Shown: one piece after another, positions 10,567 to 24,200 of the stretch
Layout of the letters: every line of letters starts with the position of its first letter
How positions within the stretch are numbered: position 1 is the first letter of the stretch
Source of the DNA: a virus
Taxonomy: Duplodnaviria; Heunggongvirae; Uroviricota; Caudoviricetes
Reading direction: 5' to 3' (one strand)
IMG/VR virus record: IMGVR_UViG_2547132077_000004
Location: 1 to 43,781 of that record
DNA length: 43,781 nucleotides
The notes under the pieces: model-generated
What the model was told of the DNA's origin: nothing
Database searches by the model: none
Seen by the model: the letters and a program-made list of their open reading frames with translations, nothing else
Position numbers and translations under genes: made by a program

Positions 10567-11866
10567 TTACACTGGTGTGTTCAGCAAATCGTTAACGGCA
10601 TCAGATGCAGGGTTACCTGCAGCCAGCGGTGCCGGTGCCCCCTGCATCAGACGATCCAGCGCAGTGTCACTGCGCGCCTGTGCACTCTGTGGTGCTGCGG
10701 CCAGAATGCGGCGTGCCGTTTCCACGGTCATACCGGGGGTTTCTGCCAGCACGCGTGCCTGTTCTTCGCGTCCGTGGGCCTCCTCACAATTGAGGATCCC
10801 CATGATGCGGCTGTTTTCTGCCGCAACCGCTGCGGTGATCTGCGCGTTCACGTCCGGCTGCGCCGCGCTGGCGTTTTCGCCCTCCGTCGCTGACACCACA
10901 TCAGTAACATCAGCCTGCGAAGCAGTGGCTGAAACAGTTGTTGATTGAGTCTCTTTGGTCATTCGCCCTCCTGAGAGTCGGGATTTACGTGCATCCAGTG
11001 CCTCACGCATAACGGTGATCGCATCGGTGCTGTTAACAAGTTCATCAGCCAGTCCGGCATCAATGGCCTCCTGACCGCTGTACACTGCAGCCTCGGTATC
11101 CAGAACAGCCTGCACGGACAGGCCGGTATATGCCGATACCTTCTGCGCAAACATCTGGCGGGTTGCATCCATCCGGGATTGCAGTGTTTCCCGGACGTCA
11201 TCCGGAAGATGGCTGTAGGGGTTGCCATCCACCTTATGGCTGCCGCTGTAAATCAGCGTGATTTCCACGCCCTGTTTCTCCAGCGCAGCACCGTAATTAC
11301 TGTGAGCCATCATGACGCCGATGGAGCCTGTCCGGGCGGTCTGTGTGACCAGACGCCGGGAGGCGGCACTGGCAAGCAGCTGACCTGCACTACAGTTCAT
11401 GTCGTTGGCCAGCGCCCATACCGGTTTTATGTCACGCACACGGGCGATGATGTCAGCGCAATCAAATGCCCCCGCCACCATCCCGCCTGGCGTGTCCATA
11501 TCGAGCAGAATGCCGTCCACCATCGGATCGCTGGCAGCCTGTTGCAGACGGGCGATAATGCCGTTGTAACCGGTCATCCCCGAATACGGCTGCAGCGCCC
11601 GCGTCCGGCTGACCAGCGTGCCGGACACCGGCAGCACGGCGATGCCATTCATGACCTGATAACTGCGGGCCTGTCGTGGCCCGTCATCATCACCGGATAA
11701 CGCCAGCGTCGCGGGTGACTCTCCGGCAGTCAGGCTGTCACCTGACACCGCATCCGTCAGGCGGCTTATCCCAATTTGGCCTGCAAGCGCACAAAAGAAA
11801 ACCCGCGCATAGGCGGGTTCAAGCATCAGCGGCTCATTAAAGGCCATGCTGGCAATATGCGGGAGA

Positions 11867-11886
<20 letters not shown>
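10567..11886 (-). CDS. C: Head protease/scaffold C (ClpP/S49-like) with nested Nu3 scaffold frame
   Basis: Matches lambda gpC over its length; start inferred at a GTG (V-TAELRNLPHIASMAF...) giving 439 aa; the ORF track ATG at 12021 is an in-frame upstream extension overlapping B. Confidence 0.85.
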
Positions 11887-15567
<3,681 letters not shown>

Positions 15568-15593
<26 letters not shown>

Positions 15594-16113
15594 TCAGCAA
15601 CCCCGGTATCAGTTCATCCAGCGCGGCTGCTTTGTTCATGGCTTTGATGATATCCCGTTTCAGGAAATCAACATGTCGGTTTTCCAGTTCCGGAAAACGC
15701 CGCTGTACCGAGAGAGGGATCCCGTCAAGAATACTGGCAATTTCACCTGCGATCCGTGACAGCACGAAAGTACAGAATGCGGTTTCCACCACTTCTGCGG
15801 AGTCTCTGGCATTCTTCAGCTCCTGGGCGTCAGCCTGCGCACGCGTAAGTCGATGGCGTTCGTACTCAATAGTCCCAGGCTGGAGATCTGCCTCGCTGGC
15901 AGCCCTGTAATCCTCAACCTCTTTACGGAGTTTTTCATTTTCGATATCAGCTTCCCTCTGCGCATACCACTGAATTGCCATGGCGGTATCAAATACAGAT
16001 TCAACGCCCTTACCACCTCCGGAGACGCAAGGGAGTCCCTGAGACTGCCAGCGTTCAATCGTTCGCGGATCCACGTTGAAAATTTCGGCAAGTTTCTTTT
16101 TATTAACCTTCAT
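15568..16113 (-). CDS. nu1: Terminase small subunit Nu1
   Basis: 181 aa, same as lambda gpNu1; N-terminal HTH ([23 protein letters not shown]); cos lies immediately upstream. Confidence 0.9.
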
Positions 16114-16139
16114 GAAACAGTCTCACAATAAATACAGGG

Positions 16140-16300
16140 TCCGACATGAAAGTGCCCGAAAATGACTTTTTTAGGCGTTTTCATGTCGGACCTTTACGGA
16201 TTCGATATTAGAAAAAACAAATAGTTATGTTCGAGAAGTACCGACATGATTTTCCCCGGAAAATTTTCATAAATAGCGAAAACCCGCGAGGTCGCCGCCC
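16140..16300 (-). other. cos site: cosN cohesive-end sequence (16289-16300) and cosB-like terminase-binding repeats (about 16140-16200)
   Basis: Reverse complement of 16256-16300 reads GGGCGGCGACCTCGCGGGTTTTCGCTATTTATGAAAATTTTCCGG, the left end of lambda DNA including the 12-nt cohesive end; inverted CCGACATGAAA...TTTCATGTCGG repeats lie between it and the nu1 start. Confidence 0.8.
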
Positions 16301-16499
16301 CGTAACCTGTCGGATCGCCGGAAAGGACCCGAAAAATGATAATAATTATCATCTACATATCACAACGTGCATCTACGCCATCAAACCACGTCAAATAATC
16401 AATTATGACGCAGATATCGTATTAATTGATCTGCATCAACTTAACGTAAAAACAACTTCAGACAATACAAATCAGTGACACTGAATACAGGGCAACCTC

Positions 16500-16733
16500 A
16501 TGTCAACGAAGAACAGAACCCGCAGAACAACAACCCGCAACATCCGCTTTCCTAACCCAATGATTGAACAAATTAACATCGCTCTTGATCAAAAAGGGTC
16601 TGGGAATTTCTCAGCCTGGGTCATTGAAGCCTGCCGCCGAAGACTGTGCTCAGAAAAAAGAGTTTCGCCTGAAGCAAACAAAGAAAAGAGTGACATTACT
16701 GAATTGCTCAGAAAGCAGGTCAGACCAGATTGA
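16500..16733 (+). CDS. Small DNA-binding-like protein (ribbon-helix-helix/DUF3950-like, YlcI-like position)
   Basis: 77-aa ORF with basic N-terminus and IRFPNPMIEQINIAL beta-strand/helix pattern; sits where DLP12 has small genes between bor and the nu1 homologue. Family assignment from memory. Confidence 0.4.
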   Translation: MSTKNRTRRTTTRNIRFPNPMIEQINIALDQKGSGNFSAWVIEACRRRLCSEKRVSPEANKEKSDITELLRKQVRPD

Positions 16734-16790
16734 AGCAATTTAGATAATCGTGCAGACTAGGTACCCTCATATCACATGGAAGGTACTACA

Positions 16791-17201
16791 ATGGCTCAGG
16801 TTGCCATTTTTAAACAAATATTCGATAAAGTGCGAAATAATTTAAACTATCACTGGTTTTATTCTGAACTAAAACGTCACAATGTCTCACATTACATTTA
16901 CTATTTAGCCACAGAGAATATTCATCTTGTTCTTGAAAACGATAATACGGTTTTAATAAAAGGACAGGGTAAGGTTGTAAATGTAAGATTTTCAAAAAAT
17001 AAATGCCTTATAGAAGCCACATTAAAAGGATTCAAATCAGGAGAGTTATCATTTTACGAATACAGGAAAAATCTTGCTACAGCAGGGGTTTTCAGATGGA
17101 TTACAAATATCCACAAAAACAAAAGGTATTACTATACCTTTGATAATTCATTACTCTTTACTGAGAACATTCAGAACACTACACAAATATTTCCGCACTA
17201 A
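16791..17201 (+). CDS. DUF1398-like protein (YbcV-like)
   Basis: 136 aa from [11 protein letters not shown]; AT-rich; same relative position as ybcV in DLP12. Assignment from memory, not searched. Confidence 0.45.
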   Translation: MAQVAIFKQIFDKVRNNLNYHWFYSELKRHNVSHYIYYLATENIHLVLENDNTVLIKGQGKVVNVRFSKNKCLIEATLKGFKSGELSFYEYRKNLATAGVFRWITNIHKNKRYYYTFDNSLLFTENIQNTTQIFPH

Positions 17202-17821
17202 ATCATAACGTCCGGTTTCTTCCGTGCCAGAACCGGACTCGCTGGCATGATGAAATATGTGTACCCGGTAACCCCGGTGTGCATCGTTTTTGATTATTCC
17301 CGCACACTCGCGCAGAAGGAGTTCCCCGTCGGGCTACGGTCTCTGTTAATACGGGAATACGGCGACGATACAGCGCATGATGTGTCAGGCTTGAATACCT
17401 TTATCCTTTAAAAGGGATATCAGTTAAGTTATCCCGTGTAGGGTATAAGCCATTATCAAAGCCACTCTGTAGGGAATGGCTTTTGTGATGGCATCACTTA
17501 CTCTTTACGCTGCTATCCCACTCATCCCGGAATTTTGATGGGTTATTGAAACCTTCTGCTGACATAACAACTCCTTCAATGTTTGGCTGAAATTAGGATG
17601 TCTTTCCATCAGTCCGCCACCACAAAGAATCTTTTTTGCCATAAGGCAGGAGGTTCATCTTTCAGTGGCTGCCGGTGTTATTTCCCCACTTACTGGCTTG
17701 GGTTGTTTCGTGGTACTGCCGTTAACTGGTGGCCCAGAATAAATTCCGGTTTCATTATCAAGCCCACCCGTAAATGGGCTTTGCAATGAAGAGCTGTTAT
17801 GAAAATTGCTCTAAACAAGCA

Positions 17822-18346
17822 TTAATAGCCATCAGAAGTAAGCGCTACAGATTTCAACCCCTCAATGTCATCCTTGGACAGGGCGAACCATTCACCGTGC
17901 TTTCTCTTTGCGGCAAATTTGCGATGAAGCATGTTTTCAGTTTCTCTTCCACCAGGGATCAGGCACTCAAGCTTCAAACAGTCTGGTCCAGAGTTGCCAA
18001 GCGATTTGATGCGTTGTGGAATGTTGGATGAATACCCAATTTTGGTTAGCCCAGTTTTCTTCGATGACAAAACGTATACCTGAGGAGGTTCTTTTCTCTG
18101 GTCTTCCATTACACGTCTCATTGTTGCCATAAGTCCGCCGTGCATCAGCATTTCAACAAAGAACGCTGACCGAACACCTGACGACTTAAGCATGCCAGAA
18201 AATTCACTTGCCAATTCCATTAACTCTGCGATGTTTTCAGGAACTTTTTGGCAGTTATCTTCCTTGTATAAGGAAATCATTCTTTGAAGCTTTTCTTCTA
18301 ATTGGTTCATAGCGTCTTTACCTTTTAGAAAGTGAGCCTGTCTCAC
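17822..18346 (-). CDS. T5orf172/GIY-YIG-like domain protein
   Basis: C-terminal half has VYVLSS..GLTKIGYSSN....R....E....GEWF, resembling the T5orf172 (GIY-YIG superfamily) signature; N-terminal 90 aa unassigned; start may be the internal Met at MNQLEEK. Confidence 0.5.
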   Translation of the reverse strand: MRQAHFLKGKDAMNQLEEKLQRMISLYKEDNCQKVPENIAELMELASEFSGMLKSSGVRSAFFVEMLMHGGLMATMRRVMEDQRKEPPQVYVLSSKKTGLTKIGYSSNIPQRIKSLGNSGPDCLKLECLIPGGRETENMLHRKFAAKRKHGEWFALSKDDIEGLKSVALTSDGY

Positions 18347-18519
18347 AGAAAAGCCGCCCGAGAGAGGTCGCCACCTATAACGGCAATTCTCAGGCCCGCT
18401 TACTGAAAGGCTCTCGTTAATATGCGCGTGAGATGCGCGTTTACTGCGGACATAAAAAAGCCCCGCTTCTGCGAGGCATTTTCCTGAAAGTCACTTGTTA
18501 AATTTCAGTGCAATTAAAA

Positions 18520-18978
18520 TTATTTTAAGCACTGCGTCCTAATGTACTCCTGCAGGTAGTTAACCTGCGCGGTTATCCTGTCGATTCCACTTCGGAGACG
18601 GTAATAATTGAGTTCAGCATCTGCTGTAAGTCCTGGGCTTTCTCCATCGCCCATGCCGCTGGCTCCGGTCGTTGACTTTGCACAGGTGGCGGCGACTTGC
18701 AGGCGCTTACGCCCAGCAGAAACATCAGCACGGAGACTTTCGATAGTCGCGTTAGCATCAGCAAGCTCCTTTGTGTATCTTGCGTCGAGTTCTGCTACAT
18801 CACGTTGACGCTTCCGCATGTCAGCGATGGTGGCGTTCGCCTTCTCCAGTTCACTGGCCTTGTTATCGCGCTGCTCTTTGTAGGCGATTGCGTTATCACG
18901 GTAATGATTAACAGCCCATGACAGGCAGACGATGATGCAGATAACCAGAGCGGAGATAATCGCGGTTACTCTGTTCAT
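18520..18978 (-). CDS. Rz: Spanin inner-membrane subunit Rz
   Basis: N-terminal TM helix ([20 protein letters not shown]), coiled-coil periplasmic domain, directly downstream of the endolysin; start taken at MNRVTAI. Confidence 0.8.
   Translation of the reverse strand: MNRVTAIISALVICIIVCLSWAVNHYRDNAIAYKEQRDNKASELEKANATIADMRKRQRDVAELDARYTKELADANATIESLRADVSAGRKRLQVAATCAKSTTGASGMGDGESPGLTADAELNYYRLRSGIDRITAQVNYLQEYIRTQCLK
18573..18764 (-). CDS. Rz1: Spanin outer-membrane lipoprotein Rz1, embedded in the +1 frame of Rz
   Basis: 63-aa ORF wholly inside Rz with a signal peptide, lipobox Cys (LLGVSAC) and Pro-rich mature segment. Confidence 0.6.
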   Translation of the reverse strand: MLMLTRLSKVSVLMFLLGVSACKSPPPVQSQRPEPAAWAMEKAQDLQQMLNSIITVSEVESTG

Positions 18979-19472
18979 TGCTGACCCCACAAACAGATTT
19001 CACGCTCAATCTCACGACGAGTCATGAGACCTTTCCATTGCTTACCGCCAGCGTATGTCCAGCGCCGTAGCTGATCACATGCGCCTTTGATATCACCCTG
19101 GTTTATTTTGCGAAGAAGCGTCGATGTTCTGAAATTGCCAGCACCCACGTTGTAGACGAACGAGTAAAGAGCGCCGTGCGTTGTTTCCGGTATATCGACT
19201 TTGATGTACGGGTTAATTTGTCTGGCGACAGTGGCAAGGTCTTTATTCAGGAGGGCTTTGCATTCTGCTTCGGTATACGTTTTACCGAGCATAATGTCTT
19301 TTCCGGTGTGTCCGTAACATACAGTCCATACACCAACTATGTCTTTGTAAGGATTATGTCTCACACCTTCCAGACCATCGTTACCACTTGGGCCAGTGAT
19401 TAACACAGATGCTATAGCAATAGCCCCGCCACCAATAGCAGCAGCAACAGCTTTTCGTAATGATGGAGGCAT
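18975..19472 (-). CDS. R: SAR endolysin (phage-21 R-type lysozyme)
   Basis: 165 aa; N-terminal Gly/Ala-rich signal-anchor-release segment ([18 protein letters not shown]) followed by a T4-lysozyme-like core; overlaps the holin stop. Confidence 0.85.
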   Translation of the reverse strand: MPPSLRKAVAAAIGGGAIAIASVLITGPSGNDGLEGVRHNPYKDIVGVWTVCYGHTGKDIMLGKTYTEAECKALLNKDLATVARQINPYIKVDIPETTHGALYSFVYNVGAGNFRTSTLLRKINQGDIKGACDQLRRWTYAGGKQWKGLMTRREIEREICLWGQQ

Positions 19473-19687
19473 TATTCACCTCTCGCAGCCTTGCGCTTAT
19501 CTTCTTTAATCTTGAAATAAAGGTTTGTCAGGTACGTCAGCAGGCCAAATACCAAGCTACCCAGCACACCTATTGCTGCCCACTGTGAGGGCGTGACTTT
19601 ATCGAGCAGCTGTAAAAACCAGTAGCCAGCACTGCCTGCGGAGGTGCCGTAGGCAATGCCCGTTGTTAACTTATCCATGGATTTCAT
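19472..19687 (-). CDS. S: Pinholin (phage-21 S-type holin)
   Basis: 71 aa; two TM segments and charged C-terminus; matches S21 in length and pattern. Confidence 0.8.
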   Translation of the reverse strand: MKSMDKLTTGIAYGTSAGSAGYWFLQLLDKVTPSQWAAIGVLGSLVFGLLTYLTNLYFKIKEDKRKAARGE

Positions 19688-19782
19688 AGCCTCACCTCCG
19701 CAAATAACGGATGGTGTACACGGTTCGGAACGAAGAGGAAAGGTATAGAAGTTACATTAGCGTAAGGCTTGAACATCTATTC

Positions 19783-19812
19783 AAAAAGAAAAACGCCAGC
19801 GATTATTCTGGC
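19783..19812 (-). terminator. Rho-independent terminator downstream of the AraC-type gene
   Basis: Minus strand reads CGCCAGAATAATCGCTGGCG followed by TTTTTCTTTTT (stem at 19793-19812, T-run at 19783-19792). Confidence 0.5.
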
Positions 19813-19860
19813 GTAGCTGAAAGCATCATACAATTATCAAATACGAAAATTACAAAATCA

Positions 19861-20616
19861 TTAAAACGTATCACGTGACATCATGTCTTTTTCTAAAAAA
19901 AATCTTGATGAATATTGATGGGGAGGAACACCAAAATATCTTCTGAAAACACTTACAAAATATGACGTATTTTCATAACCGCATATCTCAGCAACTTTTC
20001 CAACAGAATATAAATTGTAGCTTAATAACCTTTCCGCCATCACCATTCGCTCTTCAAGAATTAACTTACTAAATGATAAGCCTTCGTGCTTTAATTTTCT
20101 TTTTAACAGACTTTCACTCAGATACAGTCTTGAAGATATATCACAAAGTCTCCATGCTGCAGATATATCCGTGTGAATAATAGCCTTAACTTTACTTCCT
20201 AAACTATTAAGACATCCAAATAAAAAACTTTGCACTATTTTCTCTGAAGATAAGATAGCAAGACATGCAAGTGATATTTGATTTCTAACAAAATCCACAG
20301 TTCTGCCATCACAATTCAAGCATGCAATCAAGTTCTTTAACAATGAAAAATCTTCACATTCCACCATCAAGTATGCCGGATAAAACCTTCTTACAGAAAA
20401 AGGTGAGAGTGTGTTGCTTTTAAAGAAATCATTAACTGTTTTCTCTTCAACATCTACGATCATTACATGATCTATATTTGATGAAAAAAAATCTTTTAAA
20501 TTGTAATCAATGAGAACAGCACTTCCTTTTTTAAACAAAATATCTTCTTTACCAATTCGGGCATCAAACGAGTTCAACACCAAAATGATAGAACATATGT
20601 ATGGCATATTATCCAC
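19861..20616 (-). CDS. AraC/XylS-family transcriptional regulator
   Basis: 251 aa; C-terminal AraC-type double HTH (GKVAEICGYENTSYFVSVFRRYFGVPPHQY); strongly AT-rich. Confidence 0.75.
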   Translation of the reverse strand: MDNMPYICSIILVLNSFDARIGKEDILFKKGSAVLIDYNLKDFFSSNIDHVMIVDVEEKTVNDFFKSNTLSPFSVRRFYPAYLMVECEDFSLLKNLIACLNCDGRTVDFVRNQISLACLAILSSEKIVQSFLFGCLNSLGSKVKAIIHTDISAAWRLCDISSRLYLSESLLKRKLKHEGLSFSKLILEERMVMAERLLSYNLYSVGKVAEICGYENTSYFVSVFRRYFGVPPHQYSSRFFLEKDMMSRDTF

Positions 20617-20956
20617 CTGATATCATTGAGGTTACACCAGGTAAGTATAGGTGGAAAATCAATATTCGCCAGTTCAACAATAAGGAAAATCTCATTGCAT
20701 CACAAGTATAAAATTATGTATTTAACTCACAAAGACAAATTATTAAACCAATCTGTTATATTATATATAGCTGCGTGGAATCATAATATTATATTTTGAC
20801 TGGCATGTTTACCAACTTTAAGTTGCATCTCAATGGTTTCTTCAGCGTAAACAGAGTTTTTATACAAACTGACACTCTGGGTATCATAGTGTAGTTTTTA
20901 CGATTGTAAATATCCTGCATGCAGGAACTCATCCTTTTGGATGATATCGCATACAA

Positions 20957-21916
20957 TTAATTTACCATCAGTCTTAGAGCCAGTTCGTCCGGATAGGGAT
21001 CGAAGTAATTCTGTGTAAGCAAGTAATCATTAGGATACTCACCCAGATAATGCTTCAGCAGAGTCAACGGCGCAAGAAGAGGTAATGTGCCAGAACGATA
21101 GTTAAGTATAACCTCGCTCAACTCTTTACGCTGGCGTGTACTTAAGTAGTTACTAAAATACCCCTGTATATGCATCAGCACATTCGTGTGATTTTTACGT
21201 GATGCAGGTTTTCTGAGAATCGCCATCAGCTTATCACGATACACCTCAAAGTATGATTCAAGGTCCGCCCACTCGTGTATTGCAGCCACAAATGGTCCCA
21301 TATCTTTATAGCCTGCCTGACTATGCGCCAACAACTGAAGCTTATAACGACTATGAAAAGCTAATAACTCTCTTCTTGATAATTTCTCCTTGTAAAGGTG
21401 ATTGAGCTCATGCAAAGCAAAAACTCTTTCAACAAAATTCTCACGAAGCACTGGATCATGTAATCGCCCATCCTCTTCAACCGGTAGCCAGGAAAACTTT
21501 TCCATCAAAGTGCTCGTAAATAGTCCCACTCCATCTTTACGACCTCGATTACCATTTTCATCATAGACACGCACGCGCTCCATACCACAGCTGGGAGATT
21601 TAGCACAAACCACAAACCCCGATACATCCTTTAATTTGTCCATATAAGAACGACTAAACTCTGTCATTCTCTCTGTCACATCCTCATTCTGGTCGTGGCT
21701 GAAACACATCCGTATATTTCCTTGCGTCGAGCGCACAAGACGTAGAGCAGGACGCGGAACTGGCAGCCCTATAGCCATTTCTGGACATACTGGTCTGAAT
21801 GTTACCCATTCCACTAATTTGTCCATTAAAAAGTCAGCTCTTTTGTGACCACCATCAAAACGAACAGCAGAACCGGCCAAACAACCGCTGATTCCAATCA
21901 CAGGTTTTTTTATCAT
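20957..21916 (-). CDS. DUF523/DUF1722 two-domain protein (YbgA-like)
   Basis: 319 aa; N-terminal IGISGCLAG...CPE and C-terminal helical region as in the YbgA family. Family assignment from memory. Confidence 0.55.
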   Translation of the reverse strand: MIKKPVIGISGCLAGSAVRFDGGHKRADFLMDKLVEWVTFRPVCPEMAIGLPVPRPALRLVRSTQGNIRMCFSHDQNEDVTERMTEFSRSYMDKLKDVSGFVVCAKSPSCGMERVRVYDENGNRGRKDGVGLFTSTLMEKFSWLPVEEDGRLHDPVLRENFVERVFALHELNHLYKEKLSRRELLAFHSRYKLQLLAHSQAGYKDMGPFVAAIHEWADLESYFEVYRDKLMAILRKPASRKNHTNVLMHIQGYFSNYLSTRQRKELSEVILNYRSGTLPLLAPLTLLKHYLGEYPNDYLLTQNYFDPYPDELALRLMVN

Positions 21917-22108
21917 ATTCTCCCCCTTGACTAATTCATTAACACATAAACTGTGTAGTGCACGGAATAAATTGCCTTTCTGGCGTCATCACTGACAATT
22001 TTTCTGTTATGGACTATTCCTAATATAGTATGAAAGTTCTTTAAGTGAACGGTCGTAATCATCTATCTTTCATACTTACTCTCAACTATCAAAAGTACAG
22101 GATTTATT

Positions 22109-22633
22109 ATGAAGTTATGGCCTGTGTTGACTGGCATTGCACTCTCTTTCACTCTTATAGCATGTAAGGCCCCGACACCACCTAAAGGTGTGCAGCCGAT
22201 TACAAATTTTGACGCCAACCGCTACCTCGGAAAGTGGTATGAAATAGCTCGCCTCGAGAACCGGTTCGAACGTGGTCTGGAACAGGTCAGCGCTACTTAT
22301 GGAAAACGGAACGACGGAGGGATTCGTGTACTTAACCGTGGATACGATCCAACGAAAAATAAATGGAGCGAGAGCGAAGGTAAAGCATACTTTACTGGAG
22401 ATACTAAAACTGCAGCGTTGAAGGTTTCGTTTTTTGGCCCCTTCTATGGTGGCTATAATGTAATCAAACTGGATGATGAGTATAAGTATGCTCTTGTCAG
22501 TGGTCCGAACAGAGAATATCTATGGATTCTGGCAAGGACCCCAACTATTCCAGATAAAGTAAAAGCAGACTATGTGCGAACCGCTCAAAAGTTGGGATTC
22601 AATGTCAATGAATTATTATGGGTTAAACAATAA
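22109..22633 (+). CDS. blc: Outer-membrane lipocalin (Blc-like lipoprotein)
   Basis: 174 aa; signal peptide with lipobox (LIAC); NFDANRYLGKWYEIARLENRFERGLE and KVSFFGPFYGGYNVI match the bacterial lipocalin Blc signature closely. Confidence 0.85.
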   Translation: MKLWPVLTGIALSFTLIACKAPTPPKGVQPITNFDANRYLGKWYEIARLENRFERGLEQVSATYGKRNDGGIRVLNRGYDPTKNKWSESEGKAYFTGDTKTAALKVSFFGPFYGGYNVIKLDDEYKYALVSGPNREYLWILARTPTIPDKVKADYVRTAQKLGFNVNELLWVKQ

Positions 22634-22659
22634 AATCCCTACTCGAAATAATACTTATT

Positions 22660-22688
22660 AGAAAAAACCAGCCTTTGGGGAGGCTGGC
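22660..22688 (-). terminator. Rho-independent terminator downstream of Q (tR'-like); the hairpin also follows blc on the other strand
   Basis: Stem CCAGCC(22668-22673)/GGCTGG(22682-22687); on the minus strand it is followed by TTTTTT (22662-22667). Confidence 0.55.
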
Positions 22689-22787
22689 TAAATCAGGAAA
22701 CAAGCTGTTATATGATAATAACTACGTTGCGATTCCAACATTTAAAATGTTAGACTAATGACAATCAGACAGCAACTTTTCCTTTAA

Positions 22788-23180
22788 TTATTTCGAACAA
22801 TCAGTATCCATCTCCAATCGGAGATCCAACACCATCAGCATACCCTCCACTACGCCCTCAGCTTTCTGGAGCATCCTGCCAACCCAACAATCAGATCGCC
22901 CATGCTTACGTGCAAGCGCCATAAAAGTCATGCCGCCGACATAATAGTCCACCAATAAATCATGCAAATCGCTGTTGTTCTTTTTCAGACGGGCCATGCA
23001 CCCGCAAATGATCATCGCGTCATCGTCACAACATTGTGGGCGAGATTTTACTTTTGAAGGAATTAATCCCTTAAAACCGGCGGCAATGGACGACCAGGTC
23101 ACATCTTCATGATTATTAGCCGCCCACGCTCCCCAACGCTCAAGAACCATCTGAATATCACGCATCAACTTACTCCACAA
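22788..23180 (-). CDS. Late-gene antiterminator Q (DLP12/phage-82 QuuD type)
   Basis: About 125-130 aa with Cys cluster ([13 protein letters not shown]) typical of short Q proteins; downstream of rusA as in DLP12; start may be the internal MRDIQMV. Confidence 0.7.
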   Translation of the reverse strand: MWSKLMRDIQMVLERWGAWAANNHEDVTWSSIAAGFKGLIPSKVKSRPQCCDDDAMIICGCMARLKKNNSDLHDLLVDYYVGGMTFMALARKHGRSDCWVGRMLQKAEGVVEGMLMVLDLRLEMDTDCSK

Positions 23181-23387
23181 AAATCAGACCAGAACGCCAA
23201 TTACAAGCAAAAATCAACAAAACAGTATTAGTTGATTGTTATCTCTGACTTCATACTCCTGCTCCTGTCAGGGTTTTGGCGTAATTCTTCAGTATCCGGT
23301 AATCGGTCAAAACAGAACCGGGGAAACGATATAAGCGCAGGCGCATCCAGCGGTGGCGAAGACGTTCTGCCACATAAAACTCAAACA

Positions 23388-23750
23388 TCATTCATTCCCC
23401 ATTTCGGTGATGGTCAGTTCCAGCCTCCCACCTTTGGTAACTGGCATCTTCACAACGCGGTAATCAACGACCTGAGCATCATCCAGCCAGAAACCTGCTT
23501 TGGTGAGTGCGTCAAAAGCGGCTTTTTGTAGATTATCCAGGTCACGGCGACGGCGATCCGGCATGTGGCACTCAATGCGGATTTTCACAGGCATAGCCAG
23601 ACCGATATCCAGCATTGCGTTTTTAATGATTCGGGCGACGTTATCGCGGTATGCCTGCCCTTCTGCGCTGATGTGCGTGCGCCCTCGATTATGGCGGTAG
23701 TAGCGGTTATTGCTCGGCGGCCAGGGTAGTGTGATGTGGTAAGTATTCAC
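23388..23750 (-). CDS. rusA: Holliday-junction resolvase RusA
   Basis: 120 aa; acidic catalytic residues in RRRRDLDN and FWLDDAQV; 4-nt overlap with the upstream gene. Confidence 0.85.
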   Translation of the reverse strand: MNTYHITLPWPPSNNRYYRHNRGRTHISAEGQAYRDNVARIIKNAMLDIGLAMPVKIRIECHMPDRRRRDLDNLQKAAFDALTKAGFWLDDAQVVDYRVVKMPVTKGGRLELTITEMGNE

Positions 23751-24037
23751 GCCTTAATTACTCCCTCTTTCAGCCAGATAACCTGCGTTCTCGCCATACC
23801 TTCCAGCGCGCATTCTTTTGCATATGCAGCATCGACAAAATGTGTGCGGCGGTCGATTTCGTCGTGGCAGGCAGAACATGCAATGGTGGCAATCAGGTCT
23901 GGCGGTTTGGTACCGGTGCCGCACAATCCAGTCAGCCGGATATGTGCCAGTACAGACGTTTCAGGGTTGCCATTACATACGCCAGGGATTCTTACCTGGC
24001 ATTCCCGACTACGCGCTGCTTTTCTCAAATCAGCCAT
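23747..24037 (-). CDS. YbcO-like DUF1364 putative nuclease
   Basis: 96 aa from [10 protein letters not shown], preceded by AGGAGG; Cys/His metal-binding pattern (C..C...H...CSAC). Confidence 0.6.
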   Translation of the reverse strand: MADLRKAARSRECQVRIPGVCNGNPETSVLAHIRLTGLCGTGTKPPDLIATIACSACHDEIDRRTHFVDAAYAKECALEGMARTQVIWLKEGVIKA

Positions 24038-24200
24038 GATTCCTCCTTGCTGCCAGTCGCAACCATTTTTTATCAACCAGGCTGGCGGTATATCCGAGCA
24101 GTGTTGGTATTTCGGAAGGCTTCAGCTCCGGTTTACGCTTACGACGATCTGGTACTCTGTAGATGTGTCCGTTCATGACACGAATAAGCGGTGTAGCCAT
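24030..24200 (-). CDS. ninE: NinE-like small protein
   Basis: Hand-translated 56-aa ORF ([30 protein letters not shown]...[13 protein letters not shown]), below the ORF-track cutoff; start overlaps the upstream stop (TAATG) and stop overlaps the ybcO-like start. Confidence 0.5.
   Translation of the reverse strand: MATPLIRVMNGHIYRVPDRRKRKPELKPSEIPTLLGYTASLVDKKWLRLAARRNHG

Noticed and set aside
16227-16478. 83-aa plus-strand ORF spanning the cos site
   Set aside because: It covers cosN and the terminase-binding region; no RBS, and it overlaps a cis-acting site.
17200-17580. ORF-free 380-bp stretch between the YbcV-like gene and the T5orf172-like gene as a possible ncRNA
   Set aside because: No obvious conserved hairpin or promoter-terminator pair by eye; it may be intergenic or decayed sequence. 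Not enough evidence to call a feature.
16140-18520. Expected bor lipoprotein gene between Rz and cos
   Set aside because: No ORF with a lipoprotein signal peptide resembling Bor is present on either strand; the slot holds DLP12-like small genes and a T5orf172-like gene instead.
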